A DNA stretch of 64,000 nucleotides from Candidatus Marinacidobacterium sp. (lineage in GTDB: Bacteria > Acidobacteriota > Vicinamibacteria > Marinacidobacterales > Marinacidobacteraceae), in the NCBI GenBank assembly GCA_965204755.1, contig OZ242011.1, forward strand, positions 576,001 to 640,000, in the 5' to 3' direction. Below the pieces are notes generated by a model. The model did no database searches. It saw nothing but the letters and a program-made list of their open reading frames with translations, and had not been told where the DNA came from. Made by a program: the position numbers and the translations under genes. Below are positions 1 through 9,811 of this stretch, piece by piece; the stretch's first letter is position 1, and each line of letters starts with the position of its first letter.

Positions 1-697
1 CCTGAAGAACTGGGGCCACGACTTCGCCCCCCACGACCCGCACCACCGGTTCGACCGGTACGGGGCGATCCCGCCCCGGACGCGCGGCGACCTGGCGTTC
101 CTCCTCCACATGCTGGCGGTGACGAATCCCGGGGGAATGGTGGGCGTGGTGATGCCGCACGGCGTGCTCTTCCGGGGCGGCGCCGAAGGGAAGATCCGCC
201 GGGGCATCGTCGAGGACGACCGGTTCGAGGCGGTGATCGGGCTCGCGCCCAACCTGTTCTTCGGCGCCGGCATCCCGGTGGCGGTGCTGGTGCTGAACCG
301 CGCCAAACCGCCGGAGCGCCGGGGGAAGGTGCTGTTCGTGGACGCCGCGCAGCCGGAGTGCTTCCGCAAGGGCACGGCGCAGAACCATCTCGATCCGGAA
401 CATGTTTCGCGGATCGCGGAGGCGTACCACGCCTTCGAGGAAGTGGAGCGGTTCGCCCATGTGGCCGACCGCGACGAAATCGCCGCCAACGACTTCAACC
501 TGAACATCGCCAGGTATGTGGACACCTCCGAACCGCCGGAGGTGATGAGCGTCGAACGGGCGCTCGCCGAGTTGCGCGAAGCCGAACGCCGCCGCGAAGA
601 AGCCGCGGCGAAGATGCATGCGCTCCTCGCGGAAATGGGCTTCACCGCGCCGGACGACTCCTCCGAGTCCGGCAAGCGCACGCCCGACAACCGCTGA
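1..697 (+). CDS. hsdM: Type I R-M methyltransferase subunit M, C-terminal part (5' truncated by window)
   Basis: Frame open from base 2; GDLAFLLHM, VVMPHGVLFRGGAEGKIR, AVIGLAPNLFFGAGIP and NDFNLNIARYVD are typical HsdM motifs. Confidence 0.93.
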   Translation, partial: LKNWGHDFAPHDPHHRFDRYGAIPPRTRGDLAFLLHMLAVTNPGGMVGVVMPHGVLFRGGAEGKIRRGIVEDDRFEAVIGLAPNLFFGAGIPVAVLVLNRAKPPERRGKVLFVDAAQPECFRKGTAQNHLDPEHVSRIAEAYHAFEEVERFAHVADRDEIAANDFNLNIARYVDTSEPPEVMSVERALAELREAERRREEAAAKMHALLAEMGFTAPDDSSESGKRTPDNR

Positions 698-710
698 GGG
701 CCTCGCTGGA

Positions 711-2102
711 ATGGCCTTGCCCGCACCGCCTCCCGAACCACCCGGCTCGGGGACCGGCGTCTCGGGAAGCGGACGCCGCAGGTCGCCCAATTTCGGGGAC
801 GCAGCCGAACTTCTGGAGTTCTACGGGTGGCGTGAAAGCCGGGCGAACGGTCAGCGGATGTACCGGCATACCGTCGAGGCGGAAGAAGACGATCCCCGTC
901 CCGCGCCCGAACCGGCCAAGCGCCGGGAACCGACCACCGAGCAGCGACCTCGGCGCCGACCCGCGCTCGTCGGTCAGCGCGGAGCGCTCGACCGGGAACG
1001 CCGGGAGTCGAGGCGCGCCTTTCCTGTCGTCGTGAAGCGCGGCCGCCGTGAATTCGGCGCGTACGCCCCGGAAGTCCCGGGGTCGTTCGTCGTCGAACGC
1101 ACCCCCGCCGACGCCCGGCGACGGGTCGAGGAGGCGATCGCAACGCATCTCCGGTTGCTCGGCGAGATGGGGGACGAACTTCCCGAACCGGACCCCGAAG
1201 TCGCCCGCGCGCTGGCCCGCGTCACCGATCCGGATTCGAGGCTTCCGCGCGACCCGAATGTCGAGGTCGTCACGGTGGAGGTCGGCCCGGAGGACGCTCC
1301 GCCCGACGCGCCGAGTAGCCCGCCGTCAGACCCGACGACTCCTCGGGAACCTCGGCGCGAGACCTTCGTGGCGATCCTCGGGAAGACCGCCAGGAACTAC
1401 TCCGGGGAGGCGCCCGACCTCGGCGCCTGTGTCGCCGCCGGCGACACGATGGACGAGTTGCGGTCGAAACTGGCGCGAGCGATCTCGGCCCATGTCCAGG
1501 CCATGGTGGACGACGGCGACCCCCTGCCCGAGCGCCGCCTTACCCCGGAGGAAGCCTTGGCGCAGCGAAGCGGAGGGCGCGGCGGCGACTCGGCCGGTCG
1601 GTCTGACCCCGACGAGGAGAGGGAGGTCGCGGAACTCCTGACCGTCGAGGTGCTGCCGCCCCGCCCGCAGGCCTTGGCGCTGAACGCACTGTGGCGCCGA
1701 TCGTGCCGGAACGAGTCTTCCTTCGAGGCGGACTGCGTCATACCGGCGCCGCTCGCGGCCGGCGAGACCTGGAGCGGCGCTTACGCCGCGGACCTCCTCT
1801 ACGCGGACGACATCTGGTACGGCCGGATCGCCGAGTGGCAGTACGCCGTAGAGACGGGCGAGAGCCGCGAAGAACTCCGCCGGAACCTGCAGGCCGCGGT
1901 CACCCGCGCCCTCCTCGAGTCCGTCGCCAACGACGGGACGATCCCCCTGCCTCGTCGCACGGCAGAGTCGGCGCTGGCCCAACGCCTTCTCCGCCGGGCC
2001 GGCAGGGGGAACGACGAGATCCTCGACCGCGACGAGGCCGTCGAGATGATTCCGGTCCGGATCACGGCGCCGGAAGCCGCCGTCTCGCGTCGAGGCGAAT
2101 GA
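711..2102 (+). CDS. Protein with three tandem HicB-like domains and a degenerate HicA-like N-terminus
   Basis: ATG 711; HicB-like units FGAYAPEVPGS..EEAIATHL..GDELPEP, YSGEAPDLGACVAAGDT..DDGDPLP, WYGRIAEW..TGESREEL..DGTIPLP. Confidence 0.75.
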   Translation: MALPAPPPEPPGSGTGVSGSGRRRSPNFGDAAELLEFYGWRESRANGQRMYRHTVEAEEDDPRPAPEPAKRREPTTEQRPRRRPALVGQRGALDRERRESRRAFPVVVKRGRREFGAYAPEVPGSFVVERTPADARRRVEEAIATHLRLLGEMGDELPEPDPEVARALARVTDPDSRLPRDPNVEVVTVEVGPEDAPPDAPSSPPSDPTTPREPRRETFVAILGKTARNYSGEAPDLGACVAAGDTMDELRSKLARAISAHVQAMVDDGDPLPERRLTPEEALAQRSGGRGGDSAGRSDPDEEREVAELLTVEVLPPRPQALALNALWRRSCRNESSFEADCVIPAPLAAGETWSGAYAADLLYADDIWYGRIAEWQYAVETGESREELRRNLQAAVTRALLESVANDGTIPLPRRTAESALAQRLLRRAGRGNDEILDRDEAVEMIPVRITAPEAAVSRRGE

Positions 2103-3229
2103 CCGACGCGCCGCCTTTCGTTTCCGCGCCGGAGACGGGCCGAGCGTCCCGAGAGCGCAACTACCCGGTGATCGTCCGGCGCGGGGGCGGCCGGTATGGC
2201 GCGTACGCGCCGGAAGTGCCCGGTTCGTTCGTCACGGCCGCGACGGTCGAGGACGCCCGCCGCCTGGTGCGCGACGAGATCGCCTCGCGCCTCCGGCTGC
2301 TCCTCGAAATGTCCGAAGACGAAGTCCCGGAACCGGAAGCGGAGGTGCTGGACGCGCTGGCCGAAGCCACGAACCCGAACCTCGGCCACCCGGTGGACCC
2401 GAGCGTGCGCGTCCTGGTCGTCGAAGTGGGCCCGGAAGACGCGCCGCCCGATGCCCCCTCGGTTCCGCCGCGCGAACTCGCGGTCGCGAGAACCCATCGG
2501 CCTCGGCCGGAAACCTTCGCGGCCGTCTTCACCCGAGCGCCGGACGGGTATTCCGGCGAAGTCCCGGACCTGCCCGGCTGTCTCAGCATGGGCGACACGC
2601 TGGCGGACATGCGGCGCAACATGCGCGAGGCCATCCACCTCCATGTCCAGTCCTCGGTGGACGACCACGAGCCGGTCCCGCAGCGCCGCCGCTCCCCGGC
2701 GGAAGCGCTGGCTCACTACTACGAAGACGAGGACAACGATCCGGATAACCCGTACGAGACGGCCACCTCCGAACTCGTGACGGTACCCATCCTTCCGCCC
2801 CGCCCGCAAGCCCGTCTGCTGACCGCGATGTGGCGACGAGCCTGCCGCGACAGGGACGCTTTCGAGCGGGACTCCGCGGTATGGCATCCGATCGCGCCGG
2901 GCGCGTCGTGGAGCGGGACCTACGCCGCCGTCGTCCGTCCTCTCGACGATGTCCGGTGGGGCCACTTTCCGGATGTGGCTCGTTCCCTCGCCGCCGGTCC
3001 CACCCGCGCGGAACTCCGCCGGGAACTGCGGGCCGTCCTGGTCGAGCGTCTCTTCGAGATCTTGGCGGCGGAAGGCGCCATCCCCTTGCCCCGCCGGACG
3101 CCGGCGCTGGCGATGGCCGCGGACATCCTCCACAGCGCCGGACACGGCGGCCGGGTCTCGGAGCGGGAAGCCGCAACCGAGATGATCCCGGTGGAAATCA
3201 CGGCGCCCGGCGCCGGTGGCGCCAGTTGA
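2099..3229 (+). CDS. Protein with three tandem HicB-like domains
   Basis: ATGA overlap with upstream gene; middle unit YSGEVPDLPGCLSMGDTLADMRRNMREAIHLH is a canonical HicB N-terminal domain; paralogous to 711-2102 and 3520-4590. Confidence 0.8.
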   Translation: MTDAPPFVSAPETGRASRERNYPVIVRRGGGRYGAYAPEVPGSFVTAATVEDARRLVRDEIASRLRLLLEMSEDEVPEPEAEVLDALAEATNPNLGHPVDPSVRVLVVEVGPEDAPPDAPSVPPRELAVARTHRPRPETFAAVFTRAPDGYSGEVPDLPGCLSMGDTLADMRRNMREAIHLHVQSSVDDHEPVPQRRRSPAEALAHYYEDEDNDPDNPYETATSELVTVPILPPRPQARLLTAMWRRACRDRDAFERDSAVWHPIAPGASWSGTYAAVVRPLDDVRWGHFPDVARSLAAGPTRAELRRELRAVLVERLFEILAAEGAIPLPRRTPALAMAADILHSAGHGGRVSEREAATEMIPVEITAPGAGGAS

Positions 3230-3316
3230 CGCGCCCGAACCGAACAACGACCTTGCCCTCACAACGCTTCGCGCCCGTCCTCCTCCGGGACCGGCGCCTA
3301 CCGCGGGTGGGGGCGT

Positions 3317-3523
3317 ATGTCGAAAAAGGTCCGTGACATCGTCAAGATCTTGAAGAAACACGGCTGGAGGCTCGACTACATCGAGGGGAGCCACCACCAC
3401 TACACTCACCCGACGATCCCCGACAAGGTCTCGGTCCCCGGCACCCGCAACAAGGACTTGGGGGTGGGTCTCTGGCAACGCATCATGAAGCAGGCGCAGA
3501 TCCCGCGCAGCGAGTGGCCATGA
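3317..3523 (+). CDS. hicA: HicA family toxin (mRNA interferase)
   Basis: 68 aa basic protein, KVRDIVKILKKHGW..GSHHHYTHP..VSVPG..DLGVG..RIMKQA, catalytic GSH His intact. Confidence 0.92.
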   Translation: MSKKVRDIVKILKKHGWRLDYIEGSHHHYTHPTIPDKVSVPGTRNKDLGVGLWQRIMKQAQIPRSEWP

Positions 3524-4590
3524 AGCAGACCTTCGCCATCGTCGTCGAACGCGCCCCGAACGGCTACGGGGCGTACGCGCCGGACCTGCCGGCCTCCTTC
3601 GTCACCGCGGAGACTCTCGAAGGCGCCTTCCGCGGCGCGAGGGCGGCCCTGGCTTCCTATCTCCGCCTCTTCGCGGAGATGGGAGACCGGCTGCCGCAGC
3701 CGCGCCCGGAAACCGCGCCGGCGCTGGAACGCGCCAACCGAACGGCGGCGGGCAGCCCCGCCGACCCGGGCGTCCGCGTCCTGCTCGCGGAAATCGGGCC
3801 CGACGACGCGCCGCCGTCGCCGCGCTCCCTCCGGCCGCTGACGCCGCCCGCTTCGCCCCGCCGACGAGAGACCTTCGCGGTCGTGTTCGAGTCCGGCGAC
3901 AACGGCTTCGGCGCCTATTGCCCGGATCTTCCCGGCTGCGTCAGCATCGGGGACACGGACGGCGAAGCCCGCGAGACGATGCGCGCCGGACTCGCGGACT
4001 TCGTCCAGCGCCTGGTGGACGACGGCGAACCGGTCCCGACGAAGCGGCTGTCCGTCGAAGCGGCGCTGGCGGCCCACCACCGGGAATACGGAACCGCCGA
4101 CTCGCCTCCGGACGACGGGCGGGTTTTCGCCGAGCCGATCACCGTGGAAGTGCGGCCGCCCCGCCCCGGCGCCCGGCGACGGCGCGAACTGTGGCGCGAC
4201 GCGCACCGCCGGAGGATCGAGTTCGAGGAACGCGCCTCCCCGACCGCGCCGCTCGCCCCCGGCGCCTGTCGCTGCGACGCTTGGGCCGCCGTCTTCGAGA
4301 CGGCCGCCGACGGGGTGACCGCCCATGTCCCGGACCTGCCGGCCTGCCGCGCCGAGGGAGGAAGCCCGGAAGTCGCCCGCGCCCGCCTCCGCGACGCCAT
4401 CGCCGATCACCTGGAACGGCGGCGCGAGGCCGAGGGCGTGATACCCCTGCCCCGACGGACGCCGACCCGGGCGCTGGCTCACCACCACCGGGAGTGCGTG
4501 GAGTACGGACTCGAAGTCCCGGACCCCGACGCGACCGTCGAGTTGATTCCGGTCGAAGTCGCTGCCCCGTCCATCGCCTGCGCCAGTTGA
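3520..4590 (+). CDS. HicB-like antitoxin with three tandem HicB domains
   Basis: ATGA overlap with hicA; YGAYAPDLPAS, FGAYCPDLPGCVSIGDT, VTAHVPDLPACRAEG units. Confidence 0.85.
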   Translation: MKQTFAIVVERAPNGYGAYAPDLPASFVTAETLEGAFRGARAALASYLRLFAEMGDRLPQPRPETAPALERANRTAAGSPADPGVRVLLAEIGPDDAPPSPRSLRPLTPPASPRRRETFAVVFESGDNGFGAYCPDLPGCVSIGDTDGEARETMRAGLADFVQRLVDDGEPVPTKRLSVEAALAAHHREYGTADSPPDDGRVFAEPITVEVRPPRPGARRRRELWRDAHRRRIEFEERASPTAPLAPGACRCDAWAAVFETAADGVTAHVPDLPACRAEGGSPEVARARLRDAIADHLERRREAEGVIPLPRRTPTRALAHHHRECVEYGLEVPDPDATVELIPVEVAAPSIACAS

Positions 4591-5834
4591 CGCGGACACC
4601 GAACGCCCTGCCGGACGGCTGGGCCGTCGTTCCGCTGCAGGAAATCGCCGAAGTGGCGTTCAGCGGGGTGGACAAGAAGACCGTGGACGGAGAGGTCCCG
4701 GTCGCGCTCTGCAACTACACGGATGTCTTCTACAACCGCCGGATCCACGGTCGGCTGGACTTCATGTCCGCGACCGCGACCCCGGCGGAGATCGGGCGCT
4801 GGTCGCTCCGGAAGGGCGATGTCCTCTTCACGAAGGACTCCGAGACCCCGGACGAAATCGGCGTCCCGGCCTATGTCGAGGAAGACTTGCCCGGCGTCCT
4901 CTGCGGCTACCACCTGGGCCGGGCCCGGCCGCTCCCCGGTCGGGTGGACGGCGCGTTTCTCGCCGCGTCCCTGCGTACTTCCCGCGCCCGGCAACACTTC
5001 GCCCGCATCGCGAACGGCGTAACCCGCTTCGGCCTGACACTCGGCGCGACCCGCGGTTTCCCCGTCCCGCTGCCGCCCATGAGCGAACAGCGCCGCATCG
5101 CGACGATGCTCGACTCTGTTGATCGCACCATCAACGAGACCTCCGCCCACATGGGCGCCGTAGAGAGATTTCGCGAAGGGCTGCGCCACGGACTCCTGAC
5201 AACCCACGCCGCCTGCGACAAATGGCGTGTTCGCCCACTCCGAAGTGTCGCCTCCATCGGCGCAGGCGATCCCGCGCCCCAGGACCCTGGAGACTTCGAG
5301 GGAGGCAGTCGTCCCTTCGTGCGGACGGCGGATGTCGGTCGCGTTCGACGATCCGCGGCATTCCGCGGCTCGCGAGACCGTCTCACCGACGACACGGTTC
5401 GACGGCGGCGTATGCGCCTGTGGCCGGCGGGAACGATCCTCGTTCCGAAAAGCGGCGCATCCCTCACCCTCAACAATCGTGTGCGCCTCGCAGAGCCCGC
5501 CTACGCATCATCCCATCTCGCGACGGCCCGAGCCCGTCCCGGGACCGACGGCGCCTTCCTCTACCACGCACTCTGCCACCTGGATGCACGGCGCCTGATG
5601 GGCAATGCCGGCTATCCCTCGCTTAGTCTCGAAGACTTGGGATCCGCACCGGTGCCTGTTCCCGCACTTTCCGCACAGCGGTCCATCGCCAGAGCGCTCG
5701 GCCGCGTCGAACGAGCCATCACGGAAGTTGCGGGACTCGTGGCCTCGTTGGGTCGATTTCGGGAAGCCCTTGGGCACGACCTCTTGACCGCCGGCCGGTC
5801 TCGTGTCCAGAGAGAGGAGAGAAGATGCCGTTAG
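4587..5834 (+). CDS. hsdS: Type I R-M specificity subunit S
   Basis: TTG start overlapping upstream TGA; LPDGW start; two TRDs, each followed by a conserved PLPPMSEQRRIA or PVPALSAQRSIA helix; ends DLLTAGR. Confidence 0.9.
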   Translation: MTRTPNALPDGWAVVPLQEIAEVAFSGVDKKTVDGEVPVALCNYTDVFYNRRIHGRLDFMSATATPAEIGRWSLRKGDVLFTKDSETPDEIGVPAYVEEDLPGVLCGYHLGRARPLPGRVDGAFLAASLRTSRARQHFARIANGVTRFGLTLGATRGFPVPLPPMSEQRRIATMLDSVDRTINETSAHMGAVERFREGLRHGLLTTHAACDKWRVRPLRSVASIGAGDPAPQDPGDFEGGSRPFVRTADVGRVRRSAAFRGSRDRLTDDTVRRRRMRLWPAGTILVPKSGASLTLNNRVRLAEPAYASSHLATARARPGTDGAFLYHALCHLDARRLMGNAGYPSLSLEDLGSAPVPVPALSAQRSIARALGRVERAITEVAGLVASLGRFREALGHDLLTAGRSRVQREERRCR

Positions 5835-5969
5835 CGACACGACGCCCCTTCCCTTCCCGAGGGGAAGGAGCGAGAGCATCTTGTCGGTGACTTCCGAGGG
5901 CTATGCCATGGCCGATGGCGACAAGCGACAACAGCAGGGGGTCGAACACCACTGGGAGCGAGACCGACG

Positions 5970-8900
5970 ATGACACCGAGGGCGAGAGAACGAACGGTGG
6001 CCGAAAGGCCTGCGGAAGGGCTGCTCAGCGCGCTGGGCTGGCAGCAAGTAGAGGCTGCAGCGCTGGGCGCCGAACGCGGCGGCGATCGCGATGTGCTGCT
6101 CCGCGGGCGCCTTCGGGCTGCGCTGCTGCGGCTCAACGAGTGGATGGGGCAAGCGGAGGCCGAGCGGGTGGTCGGGCGGTTGGGGCGGGAGGAAGGGGCC
6201 GGGATCGCGGAGAACCGGCGGGTGCATGAACTGTTGATCTACGGGATGCCGTTCGACGCGGAGGGGCCCGGAGGGCGGCGGACGCGGACGGTGCGGTTCT
6301 TCGACTTCGAGCATCCGACCGGGGGGCGGAACGAGTTTCTCGTCGCCACGCAGTTCCGGGTGGCCGGGCCGAAGGACTCCGTGATCCCCGACCTGGTGCT
6401 GTTCGTGAACGGGATTCCGCTGGTGGTGATGGAGGCGAAGTCGCCGACGATCGGGCCCCGGTGGAAGACGGAAGCGGTGGAGCAACTGCTCCGGTACCAA
6501 GGGGCCGGGCGCTACCGGGGGAAGGGCGCGCCGGATCTCTTCCGCTACAACCTGCTGTCCGTGGCGCACTGCGGGACGAGGGCGGCGTATGGCGCGGTCG
6601 GAGCCGGGGAGGACGGGTATGCGGAGTGGAAGTCCGTGGCGCCGTTCACCGAAGACGAAGCGCGGGAGCGGTTCGGGGTGGAACCCGCGGGGCAGGCGCG
6701 GCTTATCGTCGGGCTGCTGTCGCCCGCCGCCGTGCTCGAAGTGCTGCGGGACTTCGTGCTCTTCGAGCCGGAGCGCGGCCGCCTCGTCAAGAAACTGCCG
6801 CGTTACCAGCAATACCGGGCCGTCGGGAAGGCGCTGGAGCGGATCCGGTCCGGGGGGCGACCGAAAGAGCGCGGCGGGGTGATCTGGCATACCCAGGGAT
6901 CGGGCAAGTCGCTCACCGCGTTCTGGCTGGCGACGAAACTGCGGCGCGATCCGGCGCTCGGGAACGCGACGATCCTGGTGGTCACCGACCGGCGGCAACT
7001 CGACCGGCAGATCGCGGAGACCTTCGACCGCTGCGGCTTCCCGGCCCCGAAGCCGGCGAAGAGCGGGAAACACCTGGCGGAGTTGCTGACCGAAGGGCGC
7101 GGGCGCACGGTGATGACGACGATCCAGAAGTTCGAGGAGGCGCTGCCCGCGGGGGAGCGGGCGACCGCCGCGCTCGACGCCTCGGACGAAGTGGTGGTCA
7201 TGGTGGACGAAGCGCACCGCACGCAGTACGGGACGCTCGGCGCGCTCCTTTCGCAGGCCCTGCCCCGCGCGGCGCTGATCGGGTTCACCGGGACTCCCAT
7301 CGACGACGGGTTCCGGCGCAGCACGATGGGGCGGTTCGGGCCGCTCATCGACCGGTACTCCATCGAGCAGGCGGTCGAGGACGGCGCGACGGTGGAGATC
7401 CGCTACGAAGCGCGGCTGCCGGAGTTGGCGGTCGCCGGGCCGAACACGCTCGACCGCATCTTCGACGCGATGTTCCGGGACGAACCGGAGGAAGTGCGGG
7501 AGGAGATCCGCCGGAAGTACGCCGGCAGGGAATCCGTCGCGGAGGCGAGTCAGCGGATCCGGACGATCGCGCTCGACATCGCGGACCACTTCGGGAAGCA
7601 CATCCGCCCGAACGGGTTCAAGGCGCAGGTCGTCGCGCCGAGCCGGAAGGCGGCGCTCCGGTACCGCGAATACCTGAACGACTGCGGGGTGAAGGCCTAC
7701 GCCGTCATCACGGTGGACCGGAGCGACGGGCCGGAGTTCGATGCGGCGCGGGACATTTCCGAAGAGGAGATCGTCTCCGCGTTCAAGAATCCCGAAGGGG
7801 AACCGGAAGTCCTCGTCGTCGTGGACAAACTCCTCACCGGTTTCGACGCGCCGGTGGAGCAGGCGCTCTACCTCGACCACCCGCTGCGCGAACACGCGCT
7901 GCTCCAGGCCGTCGCGCGGGTGAACCGCCGGTTCCGCCACGACTGGAACGGCGCGGCGACCGAGAAGACCTACGGCCTGGTGGTGGACTACTGCGGGGTT
8001 TCGGCGAACCTGGAACAGGCGCTGTCCGCGTTCTCGCCGGCCGATGTGCGCCGGGCGATGCTGCCGAACGACGAGGAAGACCCGGCCGCGGTCATCGAAG
8101 CCGCCGCGGTCCGCGCCGAGTCCCGCTTCGAGGGACGGGCGCTCGACGATCCGGTCGGCGCGGCGTTGGTCTTCGCCGGCGATTCCGGGTCGGCGGACGG
8201 GTTCCGCGCGGAATCGTTCGAGCGGTTCGAAGCGGACTGCCGCACCTTCGCGCGGTTGATGGACCGACTCCTGCCCGACCCGCGCGCGCTCGCGTACCGG
8301 GATCGCCTCGCGCGGCTCACCGCGATCCGGCAAGTCGTCCGGGCGCAATACCTGCGGGAGGACGCGGCGGCGAACCGGGCGGAGATCGGGGCGAAGGTGC
8401 GGCGGCTGCTCGACGAACACATCGGCGCCGAAGTGCGCGGGCTGATGGCGCCGGTCTCCATACTCGCCGGGGACTTCGAGGAGAAGATCGCGGCGCTGCC
8501 CCACGACGAGGCGCGGGCGTCGCTGATGGAGCACGCGATCCGGGCGGAGATCAACGAGCGCCTCGCGGAGAACCGCGCCTACTACGAGAAGTTGTCGGAG
8601 AAACTGGCCCGCATCATCCGCGAACTGCGGGAGCAGGTGATCGACGCCGCCGAAGCGGTGCGGCGGCTGCGGGAACTGGGCGGCGAAGTCCGGAGCGAAG
8701 CGGACGCGGCGCGGGCGAGCGGGCTGACGGCGTTTTCCTATCCGGTGTTCCAACTGCTGGAGCGGACGCCGCTGGAGTCCGGGCCGGGCCTGGTGACCGG
8801 CGAAGTCGCGCCGGCGCCGGGGCCGGACGAGCGGCGGAAGAGCGCCGCCGAAGGAATCGAAGCCGTCGTCGCGCGATACCAGCGGTTCGTGGACTGGCAG

Positions 8901-9035
8901 TCGAACGAGGAGGCGCTGCGGCGGATGCGCCGGGAGATCAAGCGGCTGCTGCGCCGCCACGGGTTGCCGGAGTTGCATCTCGACCGGGTGACGGTGCAGG
9001 TCGTGGAGGTCGCGCGGCGCCGGTCGGCGGGGTGA
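5970..9035 (+). CDS. hsdR: Type I restriction endonuclease subunit R
   Basis: PDLVLFVNGIPLVVMEAK nuclease motif, WHTQGSGKS Walker A, VDEAHR, GFTGTPI, LLTGFDAP, QAVARVNR. Confidence 0.96.
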   Translation: MTPRARERTVAERPAEGLLSALGWQQVEAAALGAERGGDRDVLLRGRLRAALLRLNEWMGQAEAERVVGRLGREEGAGIAENRRVHELLIYGMPFDAEGPGGRRTRTVRFFDFEHPTGGRNEFLVATQFRVAGPKDSVIPDLVLFVNGIPLVVMEAKSPTIGPRWKTEAVEQLLRYQGAGRYRGKGAPDLFRYNLLSVAHCGTRAAYGAVGAGEDGYAEWKSVAPFTEDEARERFGVEPAGQARLIVGLLSPAAVLEVLRDFVLFEPERGRLVKKLPRYQQYRAVGKALERIRSGGRPKERGGVIWHTQGSGKSLTAFWLATKLRRDPALGNATILVVTDRRQLDRQIAETFDRCGFPAPKPAKSGKHLAELLTEGRGRTVMTTIQKFEEALPAGERATAALDASDEVVVMVDEAHRTQYGTLGALLSQALPRAALIGFTGTPIDDGFRRSTMGRFGPLIDRYSIEQAVEDGATVEIRYEARLPELAVAGPNTLDRIFDAMFRDEPEEVREEIRRKYAGRESVAEASQRIRTIALDIADHFGKHIRPNGFKAQVVAPSRKAALRYREYLNDCGVKAYAVITVDRSDGPEFDAARDISEEEIVSAFKNPEGEPEVLVVVDKLLTGFDAPVEQALYLDHPLREHALLQAVARVNRRFRHDWNGAATEKTYGLVVDYCGVSANLEQALSAFSPADVRRAMLPNDEEDPAAVIEAAAVRAESRFEGRALDDPVGAALVFAGDSGSADGFRAESFERFEADCRTFARLMDRLLPDPRALAYRDRLARLTAIRQVVRAQYLREDAAANRAEIGAKVRRLLDEHIGAEVRGLMAPVSILAGDFEEKIAALPHDEARASLMEHAIRAEINERLAENRAYYEKLSEKLARIIRELREQVIDAAEAVRRLRELGGEVRSEADAARASGLTAFSYPVFQLLERTPLESGPGLVTGEVAPAPGPDERRKSAAEGIEAVVARYQRFVDWQSNEEALRRMRREIKRLLRRHGLPELHLDRVTVQVVEVARRRSAG

Positions 9036-9793
9036 GCGAGCGGGATCGGCTCCGCCTCGACGGCGCGGTCGTCGAGTACGAGATCCGGCGCAGCGGCCGC
9101 CGGCGGAAGACGGCGCGGATCGCGGTGGACGGGGGGCGGGTGGTGGTCACCGCGCCGGAGGCGATGCCGGTCGACGAGATCCGGGAGGTGGTGTGGCGGC
9201 GGCGGGCCTGGATCCGGCGGAAACGGGAGGCGCCCGCGCCGGAGGCGGCGCCCCCGAAGCGGTTCGTGAGCGGGGAGACGCTGCCCTACCTGGGGCGGAA
9301 TGTGCGGCTCGTCGTCGAGGACGGGGGGGCGGGGTCGGCGCCGGCGGACGGGGGGCGGCGGGCGCCGATCCGGTTCGACCATTGGCGGCTGCGGGTGGCC
9401 GCGCCGGCGGGGCTGGAAGCGGGCGAGCGGGCGGAGTTCGCGCGGGGCGCGGTGATCGCCTGGTTCCGGGAACGCGCCGCCGACCGGGTGGGGGCGAGCG
9501 TGGCGCGGTACCTGCCGCGGTTCGGGCGGACGGAGGCGCCGCCGGTGCTCATCCGCGACCAGCGGAAGCGCTGGGCGAGTTGCGCGCCGGGAGGGGCGCT
9601 GCGGTTCAACTGGCGGGTGGCGATGCTGCCGCCGGCGCTCCTCGACTATGTGGTGGCGCACGAACTCGCGCACCTGGCGCTCCCCGACCACTCGCCGGCG
9701 TTCTGGGCCCACCTGGCGGGCGCGATGCCGGACTGGCGCGAACGCCGGCGGCAACTGCGCGAGTTGGGGCCGTCGCTGCCGCTCGGGCCGTAG
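9032..9793 (+). CDS. M48/YgjP-like (DUF45) metallohydrolase, common type I R-M partner
   Basis: GTGA overlap with hsdR; FVSGETLPYLG, KRWASC, LRFNWR, DYVVAHELAHL..DHSPAFW. Confidence 0.88.
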   Translation: MSERDRLRLDGAVVEYEIRRSGRRRKTARIAVDGGRVVVTAPEAMPVDEIREVVWRRRAWIRRKREAPAPEAAPPKRFVSGETLPYLGRNVRLVVEDGGAGSAPADGGRRAPIRFDHWRLRVAAPAGLEAGERAEFARGAVIAWFRERAADRVGASVARYLPRFGRTEAPPVLIRDQRKRWASCAPGGALRFNWRVAMLPPALLDYVVAHELAHLALPDHSPAFWAHLAGAMPDWRERRRQLRELGPSLPLGP

Positions 9794-9811
9794 GGCCGCG
9801 AGTCCGCGGCC

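Noticed and set aside
5200-5960. Lower-GC second TRD of hsdS as a phase-variable shufflon
   Set aside because: No inverted repeats, extra hsdS half-genes or invertase seen; TRD composition shifts are ordinary
5901-8978. 1025-aa minus-strand ORF and other long Arg/Pro/Gly-rich ORFs (e.g. 14737-19341 +, 41898-45392 -)
   Set aside because: Antisense or alternate-frame shadows of real genes, expected at this GC content
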